From a virus, in IMG/VR virus record IMGVR_UViG_3300020190_000032, positions 20,316 to 84,315 of that record: a stretch of DNA of 64,000 nucleotides; one strand, written 5' to 3'. Shown here piece after piece: positions 19,748 through 29,302 of this stretch (position 1 is the first letter of the stretch; each line of letters begins with the position of its first letter). A model generated the notes under the pieces. That model was not told the origin of the DNA. It saw only the letters and a program-made list of their open reading frames with translations, and made no database searches. The position numbers were made by a program, and so were the translations under genes.

Positions 19748-20653
19748 ATGGCAGCGCCAGTTGTTAAGCTAAAGCGGTCTAGCGTACCAGGAAAAATACC
19801 GCTTACTACGGACATTGATCTGGGCGAAATTGCCATAAATACGTTTGATGGTAAAGCATATTTTAAAAAGGATAACGGCACTGAGTCTATCGTTGAGATT
19901 GGTACTGGTGCCGGTGGTGGCGGTGGAGGCAGTTACACCGCTCCTGCAATTTTAACTTTATATAATAAGAATAATTCTGGAGGTCCGGCAACATTTGACG
20001 GAACAGAAACAAGATTTCAGTTAAGGGATTCTCCCGGAAATATTGTTACCGTCAGCAGTGCTCTTCTGGCTGCAATTAGTGTAGATGGTGTTATCCAAAA
20101 ACCGAATAGTGGTATTCCTGTTGGTAGCTTTGAGGGATTTTATGTTACCACAAACGCAACATTAGGATATGATATTGTTTTTGGCTCTGCTCCTTCTAGC
20201 ACCTCTACATTTTTCGGTGTTTTAAGTGGTACGTTTGCTGCAACAAGCGGAACGACCGGGATAACAAAGCTTGATAGCCTTACCAGTCAATTCAACGGTA
20301 CTGCAACATCATTCACTTTAAAAGTAAACAATGTTGCGTATGCACCAGAATATGCAAATGCAGTCTTAATTATTGTTGGTGGCGTTGTTCAGATTCCAAC
20401 TTCTGCTTACACAATATCTGGTTCAACGATTGCGTTTACGTCAGCTCCACCAACTGGAACCAGTTTCTATGGAATCGATTTCAAAATAGGTGATAGTGGT
20501 GGCAGTGCATCACTGATCACAGAAAATAAAATTGTAATCGATCAGAATGTAACAATTGGAGTTGGGTATAATGGGTTAAGCGCTGGCCCGATTGAGGTTG
20601 CGGCAACCTATAGCGTTGAAGTTCCCTCCGGTGGCACCTGGGTGATTCTCTGA
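19748..20653 (+). CDS. Fibre/baseplate-type structural protein
   Basis: VKLKRSSVPGKIP..GEIAINTFDGK anchor; two F[DN]G..F.L..V.GV.Q.P..F..AP repeats. Confidence 0.7.
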   Translation: MAAPVVKLKRSSVPGKIPLTTDIDLGEIAINTFDGKAYFKKDNGTESIVEIGTGAGGGGGGSYTAPAILTLYNKNNSGGPATFDGTETRFQLRDSPGNIVTVSSALLAAISVDGVIQKPNSGIPVGSFEGFYVTTNATLGYDIVFGSAPSSTSTFFGVLSGTFAATSGTTGITKLDSLTSQFNGTATSFTLKVNNVAYAPEYANAVLIIVGGVVQIPTSAYTISGSTIAFTSAPPTGTSFYGIDFKIGDSGGSASLITENKIVIDQNVTIGVGYNGLSAGPIEVAATYSVEVPSGGTWVIL

Positions 20654-21315
20654 TGACTTACGGATCTGTCAAAATTGATTCTATTGTTACGAGCACTCAG
20701 ACCGTAACGGTAGACACCCTGAAGAGCGTTATAGACGCGGCTTTAGCTAAGTCCGGTGGGACGATGACTGGGGCGATTGTATTTGCCGCCGGACAGACTA
20801 CGCCTGCAGTTGCTGCAATTACAAGTGGCTCGATTAGTGGGATCAATGATCTTGCTATTGCCGATGGCGGAACTGGAGCTAGTTCCGCTTCTGCCGCAAG
20901 AACAAATTTAGGCTTGGTGATCAACACTGATGTTCAAGCATATGATGCTGATACAGCTAAAACAGATATTGTTCAGACGTTTACGGCTGGGCAACGCGGC
21001 GAAGTAACAACTGTGACGAGTTCTGCCGGTGCTTTGGCGATTAATTTTGATGACAGTAATAATTTTATTTGCACATTAAGTCAAAATATTACTTCCGTGA
21101 CATTTACGAATGCTACGGCCGGTCAGTCTGGTTCTATTTTTATCAAGCAGCCGGCGTCAGGTGGTCCTTACACGGTTGGCGGTTGGGGCAGTGGGTTTAA
21201 GTTTTCTGCCGGTACGGCGCCAACAATTACAGCTACAAGTTCGAAAACAGATAGAATTGATTATGTGGTGATTGGTGCATCCGAAGTGCAAGTTGTTTGG
21301 ACGGGTAACTACTGA
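20653..21315 (+). CDS. Tail fibre distal subunit
   Basis: LAKSGGTMTG, IADGGTGASSASAARTNLGL; C-terminal GQSGSIFIKQ..W adaptor domain. Confidence 0.7.
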   Translation: MTYGSVKIDSIVTSTQTVTVDTLKSVIDAALAKSGGTMTGAIVFAAGQTTPAVAAITSGSISGINDLAIADGGTGASSASAARTNLGLVINTDVQAYDADTAKTDIVQTFTAGQRGEVTTVTSSAGALAINFDDSNNFICTLSQNITSVTFTNATAGQSGSIFIKQPASGGPYTVGGWGSGFKFSAGTAPTITATSSKTDRIDYVVIGASEVQVVWTGNY

Positions 21316-24098
21316 TGTCTATTGTTGGAAGCAACGTACTTGCTGGCGCAAGTGGTCAATCGAGAGGCATTAAAATCGAAAGAAGCCTTCGTTTCAATAG
21401 TATAGACAGTGCCTTCTTGTCCCGCCAACCATCAACGGCGGGCAATAGGAAGATCTTTACATTATCTTTTTGGTGGAAAAATACCGTCAGGTCAACAGGG
21501 CTTCAGCGACCTATTTTTGTCGCTCAGGAGGCTTCGCCGCGAAAGGAATATTGGACAAAGTTGGTAACAACCGACGGTAACATTCTTTCCTTTGCTTCAC
21601 GATCTGGCGGAGCAGATATTTTTAGCCTAGTTACCACACAAGTCTTTCGTGACCCTTCAGCTTGGTATCATATTGTTTTACAAGCAGACACTACGCAGGC
21701 AACCGCATCAAACCGCCTACGGCTTTATGTCAACGGCACGCAGGTTACTACGTTCAGTACAGCAACCTATCCATCTCCAAGTCTTGATATTGCTTACATC
21801 AACGAGTCTGGGGCGTCGCATTTCCTAGGCAGGTATTTAGACAATACATACGAGTATCTTGATTCCTATCTCGCCGACATCTGGTTCGTCGACTCACAAG
21901 CGTTGACCCCATCAGCATTTGGGGAGTTCGACACCAACAACGTCTGGCAGCCCAAGGCATACTCCGGCAGCTACTCAGGCAACTCCTTTCACCTCGACTT
22001 TGCCGACAACAGTGCAGCAACCGCCGCCGCATTAGGGAAGGACACTTCTGGCAACGGGCATAACTGGACGCCGAACAACCTATCGGTCACGGCTGGTGCA
22101 GGAAACGACAGCCTCGTAGACTCCCCCACTAATTACGGCACCGATACAGGCGCTGGTGGGGAGGTGAGGGGAAATTATGCGACGTTGAATCCGTTGGCTA
22201 AGGGCACAACCCAAGTGCTTGCCAATGGAAATCTCGATGTACTAGCACCTTCTGGTCACGGAACGACAAATGCAACGATTGCGGTTACCGCTGGACTCAA
22301 GGCATACATGGAGTTCACCCGCACGGGCGGCACAGAGGGTGGAGGGTGGGGATTTACTAGCAACTTAACCCCTTACTCTGGCTATCCAGGAAACGCGTCG
22401 AATCTCTGGTGGGTGTATGACAATGGCGGTAACTTTGTGTATGAAAACAATGGCACGACAACGCAATACGCATCAAAAACAACCAATGGGCAAATTCTTC
22501 AGCTTGCTATTGACTACGATGCTGGTAAAGCATGGATTGGCATAAATAATACCTGGTTCACTGCAGCCAACGCCACTACTGGTAATCCATCAACAGGCGC
22601 TAACCCTACCCTTACGTTTTCAACCACCCTGCCACTCTTCCCTTTGGTTGAAGCTGCGGGCTGGACAGTTGCTTGCAACTTCGGCCAACGCCCCTTCGCC
22701 TACACCGCCCCCAGCGGCTTCAAGGCACTCTGCACCGCCAACCTGCCGACGCCGACGATTGCCAAAGGCTCGGACTATATGGACGTAAAGCTCTACACCG
22801 GCAATGGCTCAACGCAGACCATTAGTGGGCTGAACTTCTCGCCTGACTTTGTTTGGTTGAAATCTAGAAGTTCTGGTTCCTATAGCCACAATATTTATGA
22901 CATTGTGCGTGGAGCGACAAAAATTATTTATAGCGACAGCACTTCAGCAGAAAATACAGATGCTAGTGGCCTGACTGCTTTCAACTCTGATGGTTTTAGC
23001 CTTGGAAGCACCGCTGCTACTAACGCAAGTAGTACAACTTATGTCGGCTGGTGCTGGGACGCCGGCGCCAACAGCAGCAAGACCTACACCGTCACCGTTG
23101 TCAGCGATAAGTTTCACATCGACGGCAAACAGCAACCCACGCTGAACCTAGAAGAAGGCAGCACATACACCTTTGATCTATCTGCTGCGTCTAACTCTGG
23201 GCATCCATTCCGGCTATCAGAATCAGCCAATGGACCTACGCAATACACAACAGGGGTGACGACTAGCGGTACTGCCGGCAATGCTGGCGCTACTTTGACA
23301 ATCGCCGTTGCATCAGGCGCACCCACGCTGTACTACTTCTGCACCAACCACAGTGGAATGGGCGGGCAGATCAATACGAACACCACCGCAGGCGCGTCCA
23401 ACTTCGCAGGCAGCATCACTTCTCAGGTGAGGGCTAATGCTAGTGCGGGGTTTTCGGTGGTTACTTATACGGGGACGGGTTCTGCTGGCACAGTGGGGCA
23501 TGGGTTGGGTGTGTCCCCCGAGTTCATCATTGTCAAAAGTAGAAGCAGTACAGCGGACTGGCACATTTGGCATCGCAGCTTGAACAATGGAGTCAGCGCT
23601 GGGCAGTATGTACTCATCTTTACAACTGCATCCACTTTTGGCCCAAACGCTACTTGGTGGAATAACACGACGCCATCTTCTACTGTTTTTAGTGTCGGTG
23701 GTGGTAGCGGAACAAGTGGTAGCAGTTCCACCTACGTCGCCTACTGCTTCGCCCCAGTAGCCGGGTACTCTTCTTTTGGCAGCTACACCGGCAACGGCAG
23801 CGCGAATGGTCCCTTTGTTTATACCGGGTTTAGGCCGAGGTGGATTCTGTTTAAAAACAGTTCCGTGGGCGTAGAAGATTGGTGGCTGCACGACACAGCG
23901 AGAAATACTTACAACGTCATGACAAGCCTATTGGTTCCAAACTCTAGTAACGCAGAAGCCACAAGCGCTGGCCACAGTGTTGATGCGTTATCCAATGGCT
24001 TCAAGATCAGGACTACGGCGCAAGGCGTTAATGGTTTGCACACCATTGTGTACGCCGCCTTCGCCGAGCACCCCTTCGCCTACGCTCGCGCTAGGTGA
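21315..24098 (+). CDS. Receptor-binding protein: LamG/ConA-like plus SPRY domains with a cupredoxin-like insert
   Basis: SLRFNS..FRDPSAWYHIV; NFGQRPFAYTAPSGFKALCT; YTGNG repeats; YYFCTNHSGMG. Confidence 0.75.
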   Translation: MSIVGSNVLAGASGQSRGIKIERSLRFNSIDSAFLSRQPSTAGNRKIFTLSFWWKNTVRSTGLQRPIFVAQEASPRKEYWTKLVTTDGNILSFASRSGGADIFSLVTTQVFRDPSAWYHIVLQADTTQATASNRLRLYVNGTQVTTFSTATYPSPSLDIAYINESGASHFLGRYLDNTYEYLDSYLADIWFVDSQALTPSAFGEFDTNNVWQPKAYSGSYSGNSFHLDFADNSAATAAALGKDTSGNGHNWTPNNLSVTAGAGNDSLVDSPTNYGTDTGAGGEVRGNYATLNPLAKGTTQVLANGNLDVLAPSGHGTTNATIAVTAGLKAYMEFTRTGGTEGGGWGFTSNLTPYSGYPGNASNLWWVYDNGGNFVYENNGTTTQYASKTTNGQILQLAIDYDAGKAWIGINNTWFTAANATTGNPSTGANPTLTFSTTLPLFPLVEAAGWTVACNFGQRPFAYTAPSGFKALCTANLPTPTIAKGSDYMDVKLYTGNGSTQTISGLNFSPDFVWLKSRSSGSYSHNIYDIVRGATKIIYSDSTSAENTDASGLTAFNSDGFSLGSTAATNASSTTYVGWCWDAGANSSKTYTVTVVSDKFHIDGKQQPTLNLEEGSTYTFDLSAASNSGHPFRLSESANGPTQYTTGVTTSGTAGNAGATLTIAVASGAPTLYYFCTNHSGMGGQINTNTTAGASNFAGSITSQVRANASAGFSVVTYTGTGSAGTVGHGLGVSPEFIIVKSRSSTADWHIWHRSLNNGVSAGQYVLIFTTASTFGPNATWWNNTTPSSTVFSVGGGSGTSGSSSTYVAYCFAPVAGYSSFGSYTGNGSANGPFVYTGFRPRWILFKNSSVGVEDWWLHDTARNTYNVMTSLLVPNSSNAEATSAGHSVDALSNGFKIRTTAQGVNGLHTIVYAAFAEHPFAYARAR

Positions 24099-24151
24099 CG
24101 TAAATACATTAAACTTTTACTTGGCACCCTAAATCGACTACCATTTCAATC

Positions 24152-24703
24152 ATGTTTTTACTGGACGGCAAACCTATTTCCTTGGATGCTCCATTCCAAA
24201 CAGAAGATGGTCGTCAGTTTCCTGCAAACTTCCTCCGTCTTGCAACACAAGAAGAACGTGAAGCTATTGGTATCACAGAAGGAAGTGATCCTCCGGTTTT
24301 TGATCAGAGGTATTACTGGGGTTACGATTCTGAGAATAATTTAATTCCAAAACAACTTGAAGACGAATCTATCTTGGACGAAGATGGTAATGATACTGGC
24401 AGTATTCAAACAGGATTAAAGACGCAACTAATCCGCCAACAGAAAGAAATCGCCGGTTCATTGCTCGCCTCAACCGACTGGTATGTAACCCGTAAAACTG
24501 AAACGGGGGCCGACATTCCTCAAGATGTGTTGGCTTACAGACAACAAGTAAGAGAAGTCAGCAACTTAAGAGAGCTTGAAATTTCTGAAGTTACAACTGT
24601 TGAAGAATTAGTGGTATTACTAAATAGCCAGCCAACTATTTTTGATCCGGAAACGGGAGAAACTGTTCCCAACACTGATTCGTTTATTACTCCTTGGCCG
24701 TAA
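24152..24703 (+). CDS. Tail fibre assembly/chaperone-like protein
   Basis: LLASTDWYVTRKTE..YRQQVR..PWP C-terminus, directly after the fibre gene. Confidence 0.65.
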   Translation: MFLLDGKPISLDAPFQTEDGRQFPANFLRLATQEEREAIGITEGSDPPVFDQRYYWGYDSENNLIPKQLEDESILDEDGNDTGSIQTGLKTQLIRQQKEIAGSLLASTDWYVTRKTETGADIPQDVLAYRQQVREVSNLRELEISEVTTVEELVVLLNSQPTIFDPETGETVPNTDSFITPWP

Positions 24704-24741
24704 ACCAATGGAAGCCTATGCCTGTAGACTCACCAGGGTCC

Positions 24742-24843
24742 ATGGCTGAAAAGTGGATTCAAAAAGCAATTAAGAAAAAAGGCGTGACTGGTCGCCGAGC
24801 ACACCTTGCTGAGACTCTCGGCAAGCCTCGCAAAGGTAAGTAA
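24742..24843 (+). CDS. Small basic protein MAEKWIQKAIKKKG (33 aa, probably internally shortened)
   Basis: Hand translation; preceded by late motif GGAAGCCTA at 24710. Confidence 0.5.
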   Translation: MAEKWIQKAIKKKGVTGRRAHLAETLGKPRKGK

Positions 24844-24845
24844 AA

Positions 24846-25088
24846 ATGCTTGAATTAATGGCTGCAATTACTGGTGGCTTAATTGGACTGAGTGGGATTG
24901 CCGCCGGGTCGATAATCAAAAGATCAGGTGATGGTAGGGACGCTATTGTCAAATTAAGCATGGGCATTGAACATATTGGCTCAGAGCTGCAGGCGTTAAG
25001 GCAAGACATGAAAGAAGATCGCCGCGAGATCTATGGTCGCCTTGGTACTGCCGAGCAAAGAATTTCTGCATTAGAAGCAAAGCAATAA
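24846..25088 (+). CDS. Single-TM coiled-coil protein (holin/antiholin-like)
   Basis: N-terminal hydrophobic helix plus coiled coil at the start of the lysis cassette. Confidence 0.5.
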   Translation: MLELMAAITGGLIGLSGIAAGSIIKRSGDGRDAIVKLSMGIEHIGSELQALRQDMKEDRREIYGRLGTAEQRISALEAKQ

Positions 25089-25132
25089 TTCGATAAATTT
25101 GTTGGCACACTAGGGCAACCGATAGATTTATC

Positions 25133-25321
25133 ATGTTGGGAATTACTGCTTGGTTCCTGGCTCATGGAACCGAAGTATTTGCTGCTTTATTTGCCGTTCA
25201 TGCAGCGGCTGTTGCTGTGGTGAACTTAACCCCAACACCAAAGGACGACGAAGCAGTCGCAAAGTATTATAGAATTATTGAATTTGCCGCTGGCCTTTTC
25301 ACCCGTCTAGCCAAGAAATGA
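25133..25321 (+). CDS. Putative holin
   Basis: 62 aa; TM segment then LTPTPKDD..YRIIE motif; upstream of endolysin. Confidence 0.6.
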   Translation: MLGITAWFLAHGTEVFAALFAVHAAAVAVVNLTPTPKDDEAVAKYYRIIEFAAGLFTRLAKK

Positions 25322-25482
25322 TTGATAAAAACAAAAAAGATTTAACGCCATCCGAAAGGATGGCTATTTGTCGTAGCTGCATATATTTTGAAAGAAAGTT
25401 TGCTCGTTGCTCACAATGCAACTGCTGGATGAACGTCAAGACTCAAAAGCCAGATGAATCTTGTCCGCTTGAAAAATGGTAG
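25318..25482 (+). CDS. 54-aa six-cysteine protein, copy 1 (DUF6171-like; not in ORF track)
   Basis: ERMAICRSC..RCSQCNCWM..K..CPLEKW; ATGA overlap with the holin. Confidence 0.7.
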   Translation: MIDKNKKDLTPSERMAICRSCIYFERKFARCSQCNCWMNVKTQKPDESCPLEKW

Positions 25483-25491
25483 GATTTAAAA

Positions 25492-25656
25492 ATGGATAAT
25501 GAAAAGAAAAGAATTACTGACCCTGCTGAGCGGATGAAGATCTGCAAGCAATGTGAATACCTTACTAGTCAGTTTGCACGGTGTAAGATATGTGGATGTT
25601 TTATGGCAATCAAAACCAAGATTCCCATGACAAAATGCCCAGATGGGCGCTGGTGA
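25492..25656 (+). CDS. 54-aa six-cysteine protein, copy 2 (DUF6171-like; not in ORF track)
   Basis: ERMKICKQC..RCKICGCFM..K..CPDGRW. Confidence 0.75.
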   Translation: MDNEKKRITDPAERMKICKQCEYLTSQFARCKICGCFMAIKTKIPMTKCPDGRW

Positions 25657-25685
25657 TGGTACACTAGTTCGCATTATTTTTACCA

Positions 25686-26834
25686 ATGTCGGTAACATCT
25701 TGGCATCTAATTGCCGAGCTAGCTGTTAAAGCTGGCTGCAAATTTCCTGAGCTAGTTGCCGCACAATGGGCATGCGAATCAGGCTGGGGCCAGTATCAGT
25801 CTGGTAAAAATAATTTTTTTGGTATTAAAGGTCCTGGAACTAAGAAAGAAACTAAGGAGTGGGATGGTGCTAAATTTGTTACCATTGTGGATGAATTCAA
25901 GGACTATTCGTCTCCAGAAGAATGTGTCAATGACCTTGTCGAAAAATGGTATAAGGATTACAAGGGATATTCCGGCATCAATAACGCTCCAAACAGAGAA
26001 GAAGCTGCAAGGCAATTAGTGAAGCAGGGGTACGCCACGGATCCTGCGTATAGTTCAAAATTAATAGATATCATGAGTCGTAATGCTCCTCCCGATCCGA
26101 ACATGCGGAAACCGACTGAGGAGTATGTAAGGCTTGTTGACGCCGCTAAATATTTCCGTGGTGAAAAGCATCAGATTGAGGCTCTAGAGGCGCTAGAAGA
26201 CACATTAACTGAACAACAGAGGGAAGACTTCACAAAGAGCTTCAGAGGCCCTCAGAAGCCTCCTAGGGCGCCCCTACCGGCAAAGCCTAAATTCCCTTTG
26301 GATGTTGTTTATTTTTATCAAAGAGACAGTAAGACGGGTCACGGAGAAAGATCCTGTCAGTCGTCAGCTATTGCCATGGCGATTGAATACATTGACCCTG
26401 AAATCATCTTTGATGATGATGAATACTTAAGAAAAGTCTTCAAGTACGGTGATACCATCTCTCAGCTTGCTCAGAAAAAAGCGCTTGACAGTCTTGGTAT
26501 CAAAAACCAATTCAAAATGAATGGCTCTGAGCAAGATTTGATCAATTTATTGAACAAAGGTTATCCTGTTCCCATCGGGATTCTTCATAAAGGCAGTATT
26601 TTTGCCCCGACAGGTGGCGGACATTGGATAACCTTGATTGGCTTTGATGAAAAGCATTTTTATGTTCATGATCCGTTCGGCGAACTTGACTTAATTAATG
26701 GTGGATATCCAAAGACAGGTCCCACAGATGGTAAGTGCAAAAAATATACACGCACAAACCTGATGAAGCGTTGGCTGATTACCAGTAAGTCAGATGGCTG
26801 GCTTTGGGATTTTTCCGCTAATACAATTAAATGA
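25686..26834 (+). CDS. Endolysin: GH73 glucosaminidase plus C39-like peptidase
   Basis: AAQWACESGWG, NNFFGIKG, GYATDPAY; YFYQRD..SCQSSAIAM..GHWITLIGFD..VHDPFG. Confidence 0.85.
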   Translation: MSVTSWHLIAELAVKAGCKFPELVAAQWACESGWGQYQSGKNNFFGIKGPGTKKETKEWDGAKFVTIVDEFKDYSSPEECVNDLVEKWYKDYKGYSGINNAPNREEAARQLVKQGYATDPAYSSKLIDIMSRNAPPDPNMRKPTEEYVRLVDAAKYFRGEKHQIEALEALEDTLTEQQREDFTKSFRGPQKPPRAPLPAKPKFPLDVVYFYQRDSKTGHGERSCQSSAIAMAIEYIDPEIIFDDDEYLRKVFKYGDTISQLAQKKALDSLGIKNQFKMNGSEQDLINLLNKGYPVPIGILHKGSIFAPTGGGHWITLIGFDEKHFYVHDPFGELDLINGGYPKTGPTDGKCKKYTRTNLMKRWLITSKSDGWLWDFSANTIK

Positions 26835-27037
26835 CACAAGTAGTACTACCATTTTTGCCAGGATATTACTGGGATGGGAGAACGCTACGCAGTACAGGCG
26901 TAGCGATATATCCCAGTCAACATGTAAGTTTAAAGAATGGTGAGATTATGTATTATGTACGACCTATAGGCTGGGGGTGTTCTTGTTATATTCGACATCA
27001 GGGCATTCTTGATTACATTGCTGGACTGGATTTGTAA
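26831..27037 (+). CDS. Hypothetical protein
   Basis: ATGA overlap with the endolysin. Confidence 0.45.
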   Translation: MTQVVLPFLPGYYWDGRTLRSTGVAIYPSQHVSLKNGEIMYYVRPIGWGCSCYIRHQGILDYIAGLDL

Positions 27038-27173
27038 TCCAGCAAACAGCGCCATTCTGAGCCCATTCGGCTCTTAGTCTATCAATCTCAGAAACTAAGA
27101 CTTCTTCGCTTCTTGTTATCCCGCAGGAATACCGATTTAAGATAGCAGTTTGCATGATCTCCAAGCAACCCTA

Positions 27174-27554
27174 TCATTCTTCCTGATTTATTGCCGGGCC
27201 AGTAGCAATTACTTCGTGAAGGTATCGCTCAACATTTTCGACTTCCCAGTCATGTTCGTTGGCGAGAACATTGCCAAGAAGGTTTAAACTATCTTCATGA
27301 TCTTCGTTCCATTTGCCTGACTTAAGTGCATCATTTCTGATTTCATTGATACCTAACAGAACATTAAGTTCAGAGATTTCTTCTTCTTGCTCGCTTATGA
27401 CCTGCGCATGGCGCATTCTTTCTTTATCAATTAAAGTAAGCACTATCCAGCCAATTTTGCCATTTATAATAATTAAACCTTCTGCTATACCTTTGATTAT
27501 TTTAAGTATGAGCAGGTTAGTATGGCTAACAAGGCTGAATAGTGCGTTTTTCAC
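27174..27554 (-). CDS. Hypothetical protein
   Basis: 126 aa, coupled to the helicase stop. Confidence 0.55.
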   Translation of the reverse strand: MKNALFSLVSHTNLLILKIIKGIAEGLIIINGKIGWIVLTLIDKERMRHAQVISEQEEEISELNVLLGINEIRNDALKSGKWNEDHEDSLNLLGNVLANEHDWEVENVERYLHEVIATGPAINQEE

Positions 27555-29302
27555 ATCAATAATCCCATAGATCGTTTTCGTTGTTCGATATCACTAATCG
27601 TAGTATCTGATTCGATCGAGGTAGTTTCGTAATCGATCCTGATAATGCTTTTTTCATGGAAGCCTTTTATACTTTCAAGGATGTCCTCACCTTGCTTCCA
27701 TAGGGCTTGTCTGCCTCTTACTTTAGAGTGCCATACCTCAAGGTCTCTATTTATTTTATCGCCATCAGCTTTAACACGTCTGATTAGCCATGTTGCATGA
27801 GAGACATGCGCCAAAGCGTCAGTTCCGCGAATCTCATTAAGTTGGGGTTCGGCACTGGAAGTTGCATCCATTCCAACACGATTAAGCTGAGCAAGTACGA
27901 ATAAATCAATATCCAATTCTTTGGCAGCCGTCATAAGTTTATAGGCTCTGTCTTCAAGCATTGCACTAGGATTACTGGCTGAACCGCCTTTGTGCCTGGC
28001 CAGTGCGTGGAAGTGATCAAGAACAACGGCCCTAAGTTCAGGGTTCTTAGCTTTCATGCTTCTCATCGTGTTTATACATGTGTCTACACATGCGCCCCAA
28101 GGAGCCTCAATAAGCATTTTGCCACCAACCTCGTCGAGCCTCATTGAGACTTCGGCGACGATTCGTGCAATACGTTCTTGTGCTTGGGTCGCTCCCGGCA
28201 GTTCTAGTTCGCCAACCGTAACATGACCTATTTTGTCTGGGGTTGTTTTTCTCCAGTGGTAAGGAGAAATCAAACTTTTACTGAGATTTGCAATCAGACG
28301 TGCTTCGATTGCCCGATTTTCAAGTTCAGCAGAAATGAATCCAACCGTCAGACCACCTTTTGCAAGGGATGCGGCCACATGAACGCCAAGAGCAGTCTTG
28401 CCAACGCCAGTCCTTGCTCCGACAACCATTAATCTGCCTGCGCGAGGTGTGTGAGGTCTTGGCGGGGCAACGCCACCTTCAATATCAAGGTCAAAAGCGG
28501 GAACACCGGTAGAAACTGGTTGATCTTGGATCTTGGCATTCAGAATGTAATCAGCCCAATTGAGACGCCCCGTGCCGGGATCGCCAATGATTGATTGAAC
28601 CAAGTCAACAACCTGTCCTTGATTACCAATAGAACCGCTCAGCATTCCAATACCTTCAAGCGTTCTTTCGTGCAAGAACTCCAAGGCCTTGGAAAGATTG
28701 GGGTCTGTTTTTAGGAATTGATTGGAAAGGTAAAGTGTTTCCTTGAATAAACTTGAAACACGTTTTTGCTTAAGAATGTCAAGGGCCGTATTCCATTCAG
28801 ACGCAGCATCTCCATAAGCCTCTATCGTTTCCGAGTCTGCAAGTTCAGAAATAGTCTCACAAAAATCAGAAAAAGAAACATTATTATTATTTTTTATGAT
28901 AGATTCATAGCCAGTTATGATGCTATCTTTTGATATTGTTTTACCCGTTCTTTCGCCGATGAAAGTTAAGTCAATCTCTTTTGCAATTGCCCTGAAGACC
29001 ATTGACGACCATAGATTTTCAGGAAGTTCCTGCCCATGGCCAACACCAAAAGCGGTTCTGAGTTGAGACCATAGTTCCCTAGCTACACCAGAAACACTGC
29101 TGAGAACGCGACTTAAAACAATTGCTTCTTGATTTAATGTGTCTTCACGTTCTGCAATAGTTGTTGGCTGAAGCTTTTCAACCAATCTTGCAGATGCCAT
29201 GACGGTCTCAATAGCAGCTTGATTTGTTCCGCAAATTTTGTCATCTTGTACTTCAAGCAGCCCGAGATCAACTGCTTTCTGGATGTAAAAGGGAAGTGTC
29301 AT
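27551..29302 (-). CDS. dnaB: DnaB-like replicative helicase
   Basis: Walker A GARTGVGKT, FISAE, VVLDHF, LAQLNR, SKVRG. Confidence 0.9.
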   Translation of the reverse strand: MTLPFYIQKAVDLGLLEVQDDKICGTNQAAIETVMASARLVEKLQPTTIAEREDTLNQEAIVLSRVLSSVSGVARELWSQLRTAFGVGHGQELPENLWSSMVFRAIAKEIDLTFIGERTGKTISKDSIITGYESIIKNNNNVSFSDFCETISELADSETIEAYGDAASEWNTALDILKQKRVSSLFKETLYLSNQFLKTDPNLSKALEFLHERTLEGIGMLSGSIGNQGQVVDLVQSIIGDPGTGRLNWADYILNAKIQDQPVSTGVPAFDLDIEGGVAPPRPHTPRAGRLMVVGARTGVGKTALGVHVAASLAKGGLTVGFISAELENRAIEARLIANLSKSLISPYHWRKTTPDKIGHVTVGELELPGATQAQERIARIVAEVSMRLDEVGGKMLIEAPWGACVDTCINTMRSMKAKNPELRAVVLDHFHALARHKGGSASNPSAMLEDRAYKLMTAAKELDIDLFVLAQLNRVGMDATSSAEPQLNEIRGTDALAHVSHATWLIRRVKADGDKINRDLEVWHSKVRGRQALWKQGEDILESIKGFHEKSIIRIDYETTSIESDTTISDIEQRKRSMGLLM

